Origin: an uncultured Syntrophobacterales bacterium
GTDB lineage: Bacteria; Desulfobacterota; Syntrophia; Syntrophales; UBA5619
DNA length: 38,094 bases
Assembly (NCBI GenBank): GCA_903903205.1
Contig: CAIUXU010000189.1
Coordinates: forward strand, 1 to 38,094
Reading direction: 5' to 3'
Made by a program: the position numbers and the translations under genes. Of the stretch, positions 7,914 through 16,378 are shown piece by piece. How positions within the stretch are numbered: position 1 is the stretch's first letter; each line of letters starts with the position of its first letter. The notes under the pieces are model-generated. The model saw only the letters and a program-made list of their open reading frames with translations. It was not told the DNA's origin and did not search any database.

Positions 7914-10006
7914 AGATCGAAACCCTCAGCCGCCGCGACGCACCCGCGCCCCCGGAGATGAACTACCGCTCCGCGCCGTTTTCCGTCCGGGCGGACGGCC
8001 CGACGACGCTGGACGAAAAGAGCCGTTCCGTCGAGGTTGTCCTCTCCACGGAGAACCCGGCCACGGTGTACGACTACGACCGCGGCCGGATCAGCGAGGT
8101 CCTGCTGATGGACGGCGCGCAACTCCCGGAATCCCGGCAACTTGTCCTTTTGGACGCGCACAGCCGTTATGAAACCCAGGATGTGATCGGCTCCGTCCGC
8201 GAGATCCGCGTCGAGGGGGGGAAGATGGTCGGCCGTGCCTTCTTTTCGACGGCGCCAGAGGCCGAATCCGCCTGGACGAAGACCCGCGAGGGCCACCTGA
8301 CCGACTATTCGGTCGGCTACCGGGTGGACGAGTCGGTCTGGATCCCCGAAGGACAGACGTCTACCATCTCCGGCCGCACATTTTCCGGCCCGTTGCAGGT
8401 CTCCACGAAGTGGACCCCGCGCGAACTTTCCGCCGTACCGATCGGCGCAGATGCCGCCGCCAAGGCGCGCACCGACAATCAACCCATCAATCAACCCAAC
8501 AAGGAGGAAAAGATCATGGATCCCAAGTTACGAAGTTTTCTCGAAAGAAGCGGTATGTCGAAGACGGCGACCGAAGCGGAAGCCTGGCTCTTTTTGGAGA
8601 CCATCGGCAAGCGCGAAGAGGCCGCCCCGGCGACAGGAACAGCCCCCGCAACGATGCAGTCAGCCGCCCCGGACCTCGACAAGATCCGCACCGAGGCCAC
8701 CGGCAAGGAGCGCGACCGCATCCGCGAGATCGATGCGCTCTTGACCAAATACGAATGCCAGGAGCTGGCCCGCGAACTCATCGTCGGCGATCCCGGCAAG
8801 GAACCCCCGACGGTTGCCGACGCCCAGCGCAAGGTTTTGGACTCGCTCCAGACCAAAAGCGCGAAGCAGAACCCCGGCTTCGGCGGTGTCGTGATGGGCG
8901 CGGACGAGAAAGACAAGTTCCGGGCCGCCGCAAACGACGCCCTCGCGCTCCGCGCCGGCATGGAGATCAAGACCCCTGCCCAGGGCGCCCAGGATCTCCG
9001 GGGCTACACGCTGGTCGAAATGGCCCGCGAATGCCTGCGGATGGCCGGGATAAACCACCACGGCGGGACAAAGGAGATGGTCGGCCGCGCGCTCACCTCC
9101 TCCGATTTCCCGAACATCCTGGCGAACCTCGCCACGAAGTCGATGCAGCAGTCCTGGGAATCGGTCTCCGAGACCTGGCAGACCTGGTGCGGGATCGGCT
9201 CCGTCAGCGATTTTAAAACCTACTACGACAACGCCCTCTCCGAGCACGATGACCTGGAAGAGGTCCCCGACTCCGGCGAGATCAAATTCGGCAGCTACAG
9301 CGAGAAGACCCCCGAGACCTACAAGGCGGCCTCCTACGCAAAGAAGTTCCGGATCACCCGCGTCATGATCCTCAATGACGACATGGGCGCACTCACCGCC
9401 ATGCCCGCGCGCAGGGCGGAAGCGGCTGCCCGCAAGGTGGGCGACGTGGCCTACGCGGTGCTGACCGGCAACGGCGCGATGGGCGACGGACACGAGATCT
9501 TCGATGCGACCGACCACGCCAACGACGCCATCTCCGGCTATACCTCCGCCCCCGGCGTCACGAACATCGCCGAGGCGATCCGGGCGATGGGCGTCCAGAA
9601 GGATATCTCCGGGAAACGGCGGCTCAATATCCGCCCCGTGTTCTTCCTCGCCCCGAAGGCGCTGGAGGGCGTGTCGGAAGTTTTCTTCAAGTCCGAGCGG
9701 TTCTCCGACAACAGCACCGTGGCGACCGATTCCAGTTTCGCCTCGACCCGCGCAAACCCCTACAGCGGATCCTATTTCACCCGGATCTACGAGCCGCGCC
9801 TCGATGACGCTGACGCCTCCGGGTGGTATCTGATGGGGCCGAAGGGCCGCACCGTGAAGGTGGTCTTCCTCAACGGTCAGCAGGCGCCGACGATGGAGAT
9901 GAGGCAGCCCGGATTCACGATCGAGGGGTTCGAGTACCTGGTCGCAATCGACGCCGGCGCGTACGCGACCGATTACCGCGCCATGTACCGCAACCACGGC
10001 GAGTAG
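7910..10006 (+). CDS. Prohead protease (HK97/S78-type) - scaffold-like linker - major capsid protein fusion
   Basis: N-terminal S78 motifs: LLDAHSRYETQDVIGS (His), LTDYSVGYRV (Ser), ELSAVPIGADAAAKA. A charged helical linker follows. The C-terminal ~370 aa is capsid-like. It is a single 698-aa ORF whose ATG overlaps the portal stop (ATGA). Confidence 0.75.
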   Translation: MKIETLSRRDAPAPPEMNYRSAPFSVRADGPTTLDEKSRSVEVVLSTENPATVYDYDRGRISEVLLMDGAQLPESRQLVLLDAHSRYETQDVIGSVREIRVEGGKMVGRAFFSTAPEAESAWTKTREGHLTDYSVGYRVDESVWIPEGQTSTISGRTFSGPLQVSTKWTPRELSAVPIGADAAAKARTDNQPINQPNKEEKIMDPKLRSFLERSGMSKTATEAEAWLFLETIGKREEAAPATGTAPATMQSAAPDLDKIRTEATGKERDRIREIDALLTKYECQELARELIVGDPGKEPPTVADAQRKVLDSLQTKSAKQNPGFGGVVMGADEKDKFRAAANDALALRAGMEIKTPAQGAQDLRGYTLVEMARECLRMAGINHHGGTKEMVGRALTSSDFPNILANLATKSMQQSWESVSETWQTWCGIGSVSDFKTYYDNALSEHDDLEEVPDSGEIKFGSYSEKTPETYKAASYAKKFRITRVMILNDDMGALTAMPARRAEAAARKVGDVAYAVLTGNGAMGDGHEIFDATDHANDAISGYTSAPGVTNIAEAIRAMGVQKDISGKRRLNIRPVFFLAPKALEGVSEVFFKSERFSDNSTVATDSSFASTRANPYSGSYFTRIYEPRLDDADASGWYLMGPKGRTVKVVFLNGQQAPTMEMRQPGFTIEGFEYLVAIDAGAYATDYRAMYRNHGE
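8501..8518 (+). promoter_or_regulatory. Strong internal in-frame RBS plus ATG inside the protease-capsid ORF
   Basis: AAGGAGG at 8501-8507, 8-nt spacer, ATG at 8516-8518, in the same frame as 7910. It sits exactly at the end of the protease domain. Confidence 0.5.
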
Positions 10007-10083
10007 GCGGCGGACCATCCATCAACCGACAGGGGGGGACCGTTCCCGCCCATAGATGAACGAAAACAAGGAGGAACATCAAC

Positions 10084-10701
10084 ATGGCTACCAACAAAGT
10101 TCAGGATGGCAAAATTATTCGCCTAACCGTCGGTTCGACCGTCGATTCCGGCGATCCGGTTGTGGTCGGCAATGCCCTTCGCGGCGTCGCCCTGACCGAT
10201 TACGATTCCGCCGACGGCAAGGCGTCGGTTGAACTCGGCCCCGCGGTCTATGACCTCAGCGTCACCGCAACGGACGCCGCCGGAAACAGCGCCGTCGCGG
10301 TCGGCGACCGCCTCTATACCGACGGCACGACGATCACGAAAAAGCAGTCCGGAAAGTTCTTCGGCGTCGCGCTGGAAATCGTCACCACCGGCAGCACCGG
10401 GACGATCGAAGTCCTGGTCGGCGCTCCGAACGGTCCGGACCGGGCGTCGCATCAGGTATTCGCCGCGGGGATCAATGTCGTCAATGACAGTCCGCTGGCC
10501 GCTGCGGAGTTCATCCCGGTCACCGGGATTCTGGCGACGGATGTGGTGATCTGCACGTTGCACATAAACGGCGGATCGCCGAAGCTCACCATCGTTACGG
10601 TGACAGCGGCGGCTTCTCCCGCGGGCATCACGGTGACCGCCTCCGGAGTATTCACCGCCTCCGACGCGATCAACTACTGCGTCCTGCGGGCGGCCCTGTA
10701 G
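10084..10701 (+). CDS. DUF2190-type head decoration/cement protein with ~90-aa C-terminal extension
   Basis: AAGGAGG RBS. The N-terminal ~115 aa fit the DUF2190 pattern (GDPVVVGNALRGVALTDYDSADGKASVELGPAVYDL...GDRLY...FGVALE). The C-terminal part is T/A/S/V-rich (TIVTVTAAASPAGITVTASGVFTAS). Confidence 0.65.
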   Translation: MATNKVQDGKIIRLTVGSTVDSGDPVVVGNALRGVALTDYDSADGKASVELGPAVYDLSVTATDAAGNSAVAVGDRLYTDGTTITKKQSGKFFGVALEIVTTGSTGTIEVLVGAPNGPDRASHQVFAAGINVVNDSPLAAAEFIPVTGILATDVVICTLHINGGSPKLTIVTVTAAASPAGITVTASGVFTASDAINYCVLRAAL

Positions 10702-10710
10702 CAAGTACGG

Positions 10711-10750
10711 AAAAGCGGGGAGAGGATGCTGCAAAAGTCGCCCCGCTTTT
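10711..10750 (+). terminator. Possible attenuating hairpin after the decoration gene
   Basis: AAAAGCGGGG (10711-10720) pairs with CCCCGCTTTT (10741-10750). The loop is long (20 nt) and the T-run lies within the stem, so it is weak as a terminator. Confidence 0.3.
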
Positions 10751-10772
10751 CCCCACCAAAGGAGGCAAAGGC

Positions 10773-11102
10773 ATGTACAAGAATCACATCCTCAAAGCCC
10801 TGGCGAAGACCGAGGCCACCGGGGCGCAGACGCTCGGCAACCGGGGGTTTGAATACCTGCCCCACCATCAGATCCAGATCGAAGTCTCCGCGCAGCCGAG
10901 CGCCGGGACGTTGAAGATCGAATACCTCTCCCCCGGCTCAACGGAATATGTCGAGGTCTCGGGCAGTCCGGTGGCCCTGACGACCCTGAACAAAGCGGCC
11001 GCGTTTCGCCTGGATGACGTCTTTGTCGATTCGCTCAGGTTTACACCCACAAGTTTCGACGCAGACAAAACCTACAACGTCATCGTGACCAGCAACGAGT
11101 AG
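10773..11102 (+). CDS. Hypothetical virion-module protein
   Basis: 109-aa ORF with AAGGAGG RBS. Beta-rich sequence, no family recognised. Confidence 0.6.
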   Translation: MYKNHILKALAKTEATGAQTLGNRGFEYLPHHQIQIEVSAQPSAGTLKIEYLSPGSTEYVEVSGSPVALTTLNKAAAFRLDDVFVDSLRFTPTSFDADKTYNVIVTSNE

Positions 11103-11105
11103 CGA

Positions 11106-11255
11106 ATGAAAGACGACCCGATCCTCATCACCCCCGCCCTGCGGGAGATTTGTCTGACTCCGGCGGAGGCTGTCTCCGCGACGGCGACGCCGATCCGCGA
11201 CGAACTGGGCGGGATTCTTCGTGATGAGCAGGGGCTCCCTGTTCTGGAGGGTTGA
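11106..11255 (+). CDS. Small 49-aa ORF in the head-tail connector region
   Basis: Not in the track. ATG 11106 lies 3 nt after the previous stop and ends 2 nt before the next ATG. MKDDPILITPALREICLTPAEAVSATATPIRDELGGILRDEQGLPVLEG. Confidence 0.4.
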   Translation: MKDDPILITPALREICLTPAEAVSATATPIRDELGGILRDEQGLPVLEG

Positions 11256-11257
11256 CC

Positions 11258-11566
11258 ATGGGACTTAGGGCCGTATTCGCCGCAGCCCTCCCCGGCATCT
11301 TCCAAGCCGCCGGCGAGGAGGCCTCTTTCGCCCCCGCGACGGGCGCCGCGATCCCCTGCATGGTCTTTATCGATTTTAACGTGCAGCTCCAGCCCGCGGG
11401 CCTCGAAACGCAGATCTGGCAGCGCGGGACAACGATCGAAGCCCTTCTCACCGAGATCCTCCGCGAGCCGGACCGCGGCGAAACCTTCACGGTGGACGGC
11501 ACGACCTACACGGTCCAGGCGATCCTCGAAAACGACGGGCTCACGGTCAAGGCGGTGGTTTCATGA
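11258..11566 (+). CDS. Head-tail joining protein (lambda FII-like pattern)
   Basis: ATG 11258 is preferred over the track's TTG 11252. The pattern ...IPCMVFIDF...GETFTVDGTTYTVQAILENDG resembles FII-type head-tail joining proteins. Position fits. Confidence 0.45.
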   Translation: MGLRAVFAAALPGIFQAAGEEASFAPATGAAIPCMVFIDFNVQLQPAGLETQIWQRGTTIEALLTEILREPDRGETFTVDGTTYTVQAILENDGLTVKAVVS

Positions 11567-12165
11567 TCACAGTCAAACTGAATCCCAAAGACGTGGAGGG
11601 CATAAAAAGCATGCTCTCCAAACTCACGCGCGACGAGGCGGACGCGGCGCTGGTGAGGGGGATCAACACGACAATGACCGGCGTCCGGACCGACGGCACG
11701 AAGATCCTCTATGATCACTATGCGCTGACGGCCACGGCGATCCGTGCTTCCTGGAATATCAGCAAGGCCAGATTCCGCGACCCCTCCGGCGTCATCTCCT
11801 GCCAGGGGACGTTTATCCGCCTGAAAGAGTTCGGCGCGATCGCAAACAAGGCCGGCGTCTCCGTCAAGGTGCTGCGAGAGAATCCGCGCAAGACCATCAA
11901 ACACGCCTTTTTCGCGAAACTGAAACAAAACGACCAGGTTTACTGGCGGAAATACAACGGCCCCCGCTCGAAGATGGTCGCCAACAAGGGCTATTACGCG
12001 AATTTGCCGTTTCAGTACCGCTTCCCGGTCGAAGCGCTTTATGGCCCACGCATCCAGGATTATCTGGGCGATCCGCAGATCATCGGCACACTGGAGAACA
12101 TGGCCGGCGAGCGGATCAGCAAGAACATGGAACGTGAAATTGACGCGATCCTGAGGGGGTTTTAG
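11563..12165 (+). CDS. Minor tail protein, gpZ-like
   Basis: 200 aa with an ATGA overlap. Its layout (RGINTTMTGVRTD...IRLKEFGA...GVSVKVL...HAFFAKL...YGPRIQ) resembles lambda Z / prophage minor tail protein Z. Confidence 0.45.
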   Translation: MITVKLNPKDVEGIKSMLSKLTRDEADAALVRGINTTMTGVRTDGTKILYDHYALTATAIRASWNISKARFRDPSGVISCQGTFIRLKEFGAIANKAGVSVKVLRENPRKTIKHAFFAKLKQNDQVYWRKYNGPRSKMVANKGYYANLPFQYRFPVEALYGPRIQDYLGDPQIIGTLENMAGERISKNMEREIDAILRGF

Positions 12166-12669
12166 ATGGCGAACACCATCCGCGAGTTGATCGTTCAGGA
12201 GTTCATCGCGCGCGCCGCGGTCATGCGCCACGTCGATTCACCCGCCTCCGGCTACGAGACGGAGATCGGCGAAACGGTTCTCCGCGCCCGTCCGAAGGTC
12301 GATCCGGATGATCTCCCCTGCTGTGTCGTCTGGCCGCAGCCCGAGACGGGGGGAAACCTCCACGGCCGCTCCCGCCATGTGATGCCGGTCAAAATCGAGG
12401 GGCTCGCCATGTTCGGGTCGGAGAATCCCTCCGTCGTTTCGGAGCGCATCCTGGGCGACATGATCAAGTGCTTCACGTCGCCCTCCTGGGATCGCCGCCG
12501 GGCGGTTGCCGGATCGCCTGCGACCTACCTCGACCCCTATGCCGAATCGATCCTCTACCAGGGCGGCGGGACGGAATCCGCGCCGGAAGACGGCGCCGTC
12601 TCCATCGGCGTCCAGGCAACGTTTCTGATCACCTACTACACCGCGATCGGAGATCCATATACGCCATGA
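12166..12669 (+). CDS. Tail completion/terminator protein (by position, gpU-like slot)
   Basis: 167-aa ORF directly after the gpZ-like gene. Assigned by position only. Confidence 0.4.
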   Translation: MANTIRELIVQEFIARAAVMRHVDSPASGYETEIGETVLRARPKVDPDDLPCCVVWPQPETGGNLHGRSRHVMPVKIEGLAMFGSENPSVVSERILGDMIKCFTSPSWDRRRAVAGSPATYLDPYAESILYQGGGTESAPEDGAVSIGVQATFLITYYTAIGDPYTP

Positions 12670-13178
12670 ACGAGCCGACAAACCACCTCATCATCACCGG
12701 CTCCGCCCCGGATGTGCTGATCGACATCGCAGGTGTTCCGCGCGTCTGTTCGTATGACTTCATGGCCATCGGCCTTGACGCCGTTGCAAAATACGCCTGG
12801 CCGATCAAATATATGGCTACCTACCATCCTGTCGAGATCCCCGAGATTCGCAAACGGCGGGAGCAGGCGGGCGGCAATACCGACTATCGGGTCGTATCGA
12901 TGGAGGCCCGCGACGGCGTGGACATCGTCGAACCGTTCCGCCCCCCCTCCGGATCGAGCTCGCTCCTCGGCGTGCTGGCCGCCCTCCGGATGGGATACCG
13001 CCGGATCATCCTCTGCGGTTGCCCACTGATCGGGAAGAATGCCGCCGCCGGCAATTACGAAACCTTCCAGGCGGGATGGATCGAGCGGGCCGATGAATTT
13101 CAGGACCGCGTCCGCTCGATGTCCGGATGGACAAAAAAATATTTGGGCCGACCAACGGAGGAATGGCTGAATGGCTGA
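12666..13178 (+). CDS. Rossmann-like protein, possibly a DUF115/MAF-type sugar transferase
   Basis: Start re-placed at ATG 12666 (ATGA overlap with the previous stop). IITGSAPDV near the N-terminus and SGSSSLLGVLAALRMGYRRIILCGCP are reminiscent of GNGPS...G.D Rossmann transferases. Family assignment is weak. Confidence 0.35.
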   Translation: MNEPTNHLIITGSAPDVLIDIAGVPRVCSYDFMAIGLDAVAKYAWPIKYMATYHPVEIPEIRKRREQAGGNTDYRVVSMEARDGVDIVEPFRPPSGSSSLLGVLAALRMGYRRIILCGCPLIGKNAAAGNYETFQAGWIERADEFQDRVRSMSGWTKKYLGRPTEEWLNG

Positions 13179-13806
13179 TATCACCATCTGCTGCATCAAA
13201 TGGGGCACAAAATACGGCCCCGAATACGTCAACAAACTCTATGCGATGGTGCGGAGAAACGTCCTCTGCGTCCCGCACGATTTTGTCTGCTTCACCGAAG
13301 ACCCCACCGGAATCGATCCGGAGATCCGCATCGCCCCGCTTCCGTGCGTTCATCCGGCCTGGTGGCAAAAGGTCGGCCTGTTCCAGGAGAGAATTCCGGG
13401 CGTCGATACAGCGAAGATCTTCTTTATCGATCTCGACATGGTCATCGTCTCGGAAATAGACGCCATGCTCGAATATGATTCCGATTTCACAATCATGCGC
13501 AACTGGCCTCCGGAGATGCACGGGGACGACAACAGCTATATGACCGCCGCTTTCCTGCTCAAAGTGGGAGCGCAGCCGAATGCGTGGCGGTTTTTTGAGC
13601 CCCGCGTGATGCGGGAATATCCCTCCGACCAGGAGTGGATCACCGCCTCCGCCCCCGGCGCCGACCTGTTTCCGTATGACTGGACCCCCAGCTACAAACT
13701 GCGACGCCTGCAAGACCATATCCCGCCCGAGGCGAAGATCGTGGCCTTCCACGGCCTTCCCCGGCCCCACCAGTGCGGCGGATGGGTCAAGGAGTATTGG
13801 AAATGA
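13171..13806 (+). CDS. Glycosyltransferase (GT-A-like, DxD), phage-borne family
   Basis: ITICCIKWGTKYGPEYVNKLYAMVRRN, HDFVCFTED, WWQKVGLF, FFIDLDMVI (DxD) and VAFHGLPRPH match the motif series of a glycosyltransferase family common in phages, as I remember it. It overlaps the upstream gene by 8 nt. Confidence 0.6.
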   Translation: MADITICCIKWGTKYGPEYVNKLYAMVRRNVLCVPHDFVCFTEDPTGIDPEIRIAPLPCVHPAWWQKVGLFQERIPGVDTAKIFFIDLDMVIVSEIDAMLEYDSDFTIMRNWPPEMHGDDNSYMTAAFLLKVGAQPNAWRFFEPRVMREYPSDQEWITASAPGADLFPYDWTPSYKLRRLQDHIPPEAKIVAFHGLPRPHQCGGWVKEYWK

Positions 13807-14369
13807 CGACACGCGAGGCATTCCGCGAGGTTTGGGAAAAGGGCGACTATCGCCAGGGATCGACGGCCCAGCGTCTCGTGCCATTTCTCGCCGATCACAT
13901 CCCCCAGGGCAGCGTGATCAATGACTATGGCGCCGGAACGGGTCGCGCGGAAGTGCAGCTTTCCGCTCGCGGATACCGTGTGAACATGGTCGATATCGCC
14001 GACAATGCCCTGGAAGACGCCGCCCGCGCGCTGATTGGAAACGGGATCACGCACACCATCGCGCCGCTCGATGCGCTTCCGGCCGATTTTCCCGTCGCCG
14101 ACTGGGGTATCTGCATCAACGTCCTGATGTTGGTGGACCCCGACCGCCTCGACGCGATACTTGCCGAGATGCGCCGCACCTGCCGGAATCTGATTGTCGA
14201 GGTGTATGACATGGACGATGTCCGTCTGGGTAGAAACTGGACAACGATCAAGGGAGACGCGGCATGGTGGGCCGCGAAGCTGTCAAATCACTGGCCCGTC
14301 GTGGAATCCCTGGAGAGTCCGGAGCATCCGCGGCGGTATATCACGATCGGAAAGTCAACGGAGAAATAA
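13803..14369 (+). CDS. Class I SAM-dependent methyltransferase
   Basis: Start at ATG 13803 (ATGA overlap). Motif I is VINDYGAGTGR. An acidic residue follows beta-2 (RVNMVDIAD). Size is typical at 188 aa. Confidence 0.7.
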   Translation: MTTREAFREVWEKGDYRQGSTAQRLVPFLADHIPQGSVINDYGAGTGRAEVQLSARGYRVNMVDIADNALEDAARALIGNGITHTIAPLDALPADFPVADWGICINVLMLVDPDRLDAILAEMRRTCRNLIVEVYDMDDVRLGRNWTTIKGDAAWWAAKLSNHWPVVESLESPEHPRRYITIGKSTEK

Positions 14370-14416
14370 CAGAGAGCAGGGCGCCGGTCCTGCCAAACAC
14401 AAAGGAGGATGTACCC

Positions 14417-15448
14417 ATGAGCACCGCCGAAAATGCAAAGATCCAATATGAGTCCGGGCAAGACCTCGTTTCGTTTCTCGCCATCACCGACCAGGGAGAC
14501 CACAAGGATTTCCGGAGCGCCGATCCGCTCTGGTCGAACCGGGCAGGATATGAACCGGATGTGAAACCGAACGGCCTGGCCACCGGGGGAACGGTCTCCG
14601 TCGCCGCCAGCGGAACCAGTGACGTCGTCGATGTCACGGCGCTGACCACGTACCTGGCAGGGGTCTTGACGTCCGTGATCGCGGGAACCAACAAGGCCGT
14701 CACCCGCGGAACCGCTTCCCCGGTCGCACCCTGCAAAAAATCATCGATCACCATCACCGGCGCCGGTGCGATTGCCGTGGTGGCCGGGCTTGAGGGCGCC
14801 GCTTTCTCCACCACGCGCGGCGCGGCGGGCGGCCCCCCCTACATCCTGCCGACCTCAGTCGAGATCTGCCAGATTTGGCTCTCCTCCGCAGCATCATCCG
14901 CGGTAACAGCTTCCGAAATCAAGCAGGTCGTCGGCACCCACTGCGAGCGCTACGACTACCCCACCTGGGAAGAGAATCGATTCAACGTCGAAAGCGGCGT
15001 CATCGGGAATGCTGGCATCACGTTCGCATCGGCGCTTCCCCTGATCCACTCCGCCGCCTCCCCCGTCGTCGGCGTGCCCAAGGCGGTCTATGCCCAGTAT
15101 TACGAACCGGCCTTTACCGACGTCCCGAAATCCGACGCCTTTGTCCCCCCGGAGACCAGCAACTCGGTCAGCTCCAAACAGATTTATGGGACGACGCTCG
15201 GCTCCTCCAGCTCTTCCCTGGGCCAGGGGTCGTTTACCGCCTACCTGCAGGACGGCATTGCGGATGGCATTCTGGCACTAAAGAACATGAATTTGTTCTT
15301 CAAGTTTTTCCAGAACAAACTGAATTCCACGCCTTACCTGGTCATGCAGGGCAAGCTCGGCATCTCCAGGGCGTTCCCCGCAGGCGACCAGATCACCGCA
15401 GCCTGCACGATCTCCGCAGAGTCCGCCGCCGCCGAAGTCACCGGGTAA
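14417..15448 (+). CDS. Putative major tail protein (by position)
   Basis: AAGGAGG at 14402-14408, then ATG 14417; the track ORF starts upstream at 14264. 343 aa, with S/T/A-rich stretches. It lies between the completion genes and the frameshifting chaperone. Confidence 0.5.
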   Translation: MSTAENAKIQYESGQDLVSFLAITDQGDHKDFRSADPLWSNRAGYEPDVKPNGLATGGTVSVAASGTSDVVDVTALTTYLAGVLTSVIAGTNKAVTRGTASPVAPCKKSSITITGAGAIAVVAGLEGAAFSTTRGAAGGPPYILPTSVEICQIWLSSAASSAVTASEIKQVVGTHCERYDYPTWEENRFNVESGVIGNAGITFASALPLIHSAASPVVGVPKAVYAQYYEPAFTDVPKSDAFVPPETSNSVSSKQIYGTTLGSSSSSLGQGSFTAYLQDGIADGILALKNMNLFFKFFQNKLNSTPYLVMQGKLGISRAFPAGDQITAACTISAESAAAEVTG

Positions 15449-15549
15449 CCGGAATGATGCGAAGGGGACAAAATGAGCGAAGGGGGACATGACCCGTATG
15501 CGTTGCATCCGGGATCGTGTCCCCCGAAGCGGTCCCCCGGAGCCTAACC

Positions 15550-16104
15550 ATGAGCAGGCGCAAGCCAGCAAAGCGATATTTCGGAGGCCGTATGCCCTTT
15601 GATTCCAAGAAGTTCCTCAAAACGAAGTGGACCCCCCGAACCGAGGAGGTCCCGGTCCCCGATCTGGCCGCCTTCTTTCCGGCGGGCGCGAAACCCGTCT
15701 GGACGGTCCGTGGACTAACCGGGCACGAGCTCGGCCGGGCAAACGAGGCGTCCGAGCGGAACAAGAACGTCGCCGCAATCCTGGAGGGGATCGCCTCGGG
15801 CGCGTCCAAGGAGCAGACCGAGGCGGTCAAGGAACTGCTCGGCCTCGGCGGCTCTACACCGCAGGACATCGCCAAGCGCCTGGAGCACCTGTCGATCGGC
15901 AGCGTCGACCCCGTATGCGCCCCGGATCTGGCCATCCGCCTCTGCGAGACCTACCCGGTGGAGTTCTTCCAGATCACGAACCGGATCGTACAGTTGACCG
16001 GGCAGGGTCAACTGCCGGGAAAACAGCCGCCCTCTGGAGGGACGCCGAAGTCCGATCCTGCCTCGCCCTCGGTTACGCCAGAGGGCGCTTCCTCTACGAG
16101 TTGA
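15550..16104 (+). CDS. Tail assembly chaperone (gpG-like)
   Basis: It lies downstream of the putative major tail gene and contains the slippery site near its 3' end. An alternative ATG at 15592 has GGAGG 4 nt upstream. Confidence 0.65.
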   Translation: MSRRKPAKRYFGGRMPFDSKKFLKTKWTPRTEEVPVPDLAAFFPAGAKPVWTVRGLTGHELGRANEASERNKNVAAILEGIASGASKEQTEAVKELLGLGGSTPQDIAKRLEHLSIGSVDPVCAPDLAIRLCETYPVEFFQITNRIVQLTGQGQLPGKQPPSGGTPKSDPASPSVTPEGASSTS

Positions 16105-16181
16105 GGCCGGATCTTTTCCCCCAGGGTTTCCTGACGCGGACCGAGCTTGAACTCTGGGAAAAATACTACAAAGGACTCTAA
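15550..16181 (+). CDS. Tail assembly chaperone -1 frameshift product (gpGT-like)
   Basis: A shift at G_GGA_AAA (16017-16023) into the frame of track ORF 15627..16181 adds ~53 aa (TAALWRDAEV...ELELWEKYYKGL). The stop TAA at 16179-16181 overlaps the next ATG. Confidence 0.6.
16017..16087 (+). promoter_or_regulatory. Programmed -1 frameshift signal: slippery heptamer plus downstream stem
   Basis: GGGAAAA lies in the X_XXY_YYZ register of the G frame (codons GGA 16018, AAA 16021). A perfect 10-bp stem, CGCCCTCTGG (16028-16037) / CCAGAGGGCG (16078-16087), starts 4 nt downstream. Confidence 0.6.
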
Positions 16182-16378
16182 TGGAAGCCATTCTGAGCAT
16201 CACTTCGATTAACGGCAGGGTCGTGGAACGCATCCGGGAACGATATACCAATGACGACGAGATCAGGATGCTGCGGAGCAAGCCGAACGCGGAAACGGCG
16301 GCCTACCACGATTGGGTCGAGGAGTGCCTTTATTGGGGGCGACTGGAAAAGGCTAATTTAGGGCTGGAACTGGCATGA
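16181..16378 (+). CDS. 65-aa protein, paralog of the C-terminus of 29159..29572
   Basis: NGRVVERIRERYTNDDEIRMLRSKPNAETAAYHDWVEECLYWGRLEKANLGL versus NQRVVDRIRERYSVNDEIKMLRIGPSTETGAYNDWVEECRTWGRVEKEGLGL. The two share a 21-nt identical block (16308-16328 = 29511-29531). Confidence 0.65.
   Translation: MEAILSITSINGRVVERIRERYTNDDEIRMLRSKPNAETAAYHDWVEECLYWGRLEKANLGLELA

Noticed and set aside
6318-10018. Long minus-strand ORFs 6318..7631 (437 aa), 7787..8494 and 8660..10018 (452 aa)
   Set aside because: They are antisense to the recognisable portal and protease-capsid genes. They are Arg/Gly/Ala/Asp-rich as expected from high-GC antisense frames, with no RBS or family motifs.
12468-12665. Upstream extensions of several track ORFs (12468, 13773, 14264, 15517, 24617, 33346, 33588, 34737)
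   Set aside because: Each extension overlaps the preceding gene. Internal ATG or GTG starts with SD sequences or 4-nt stop/start overlaps give the compact, coupled organisation seen throughout this genome.
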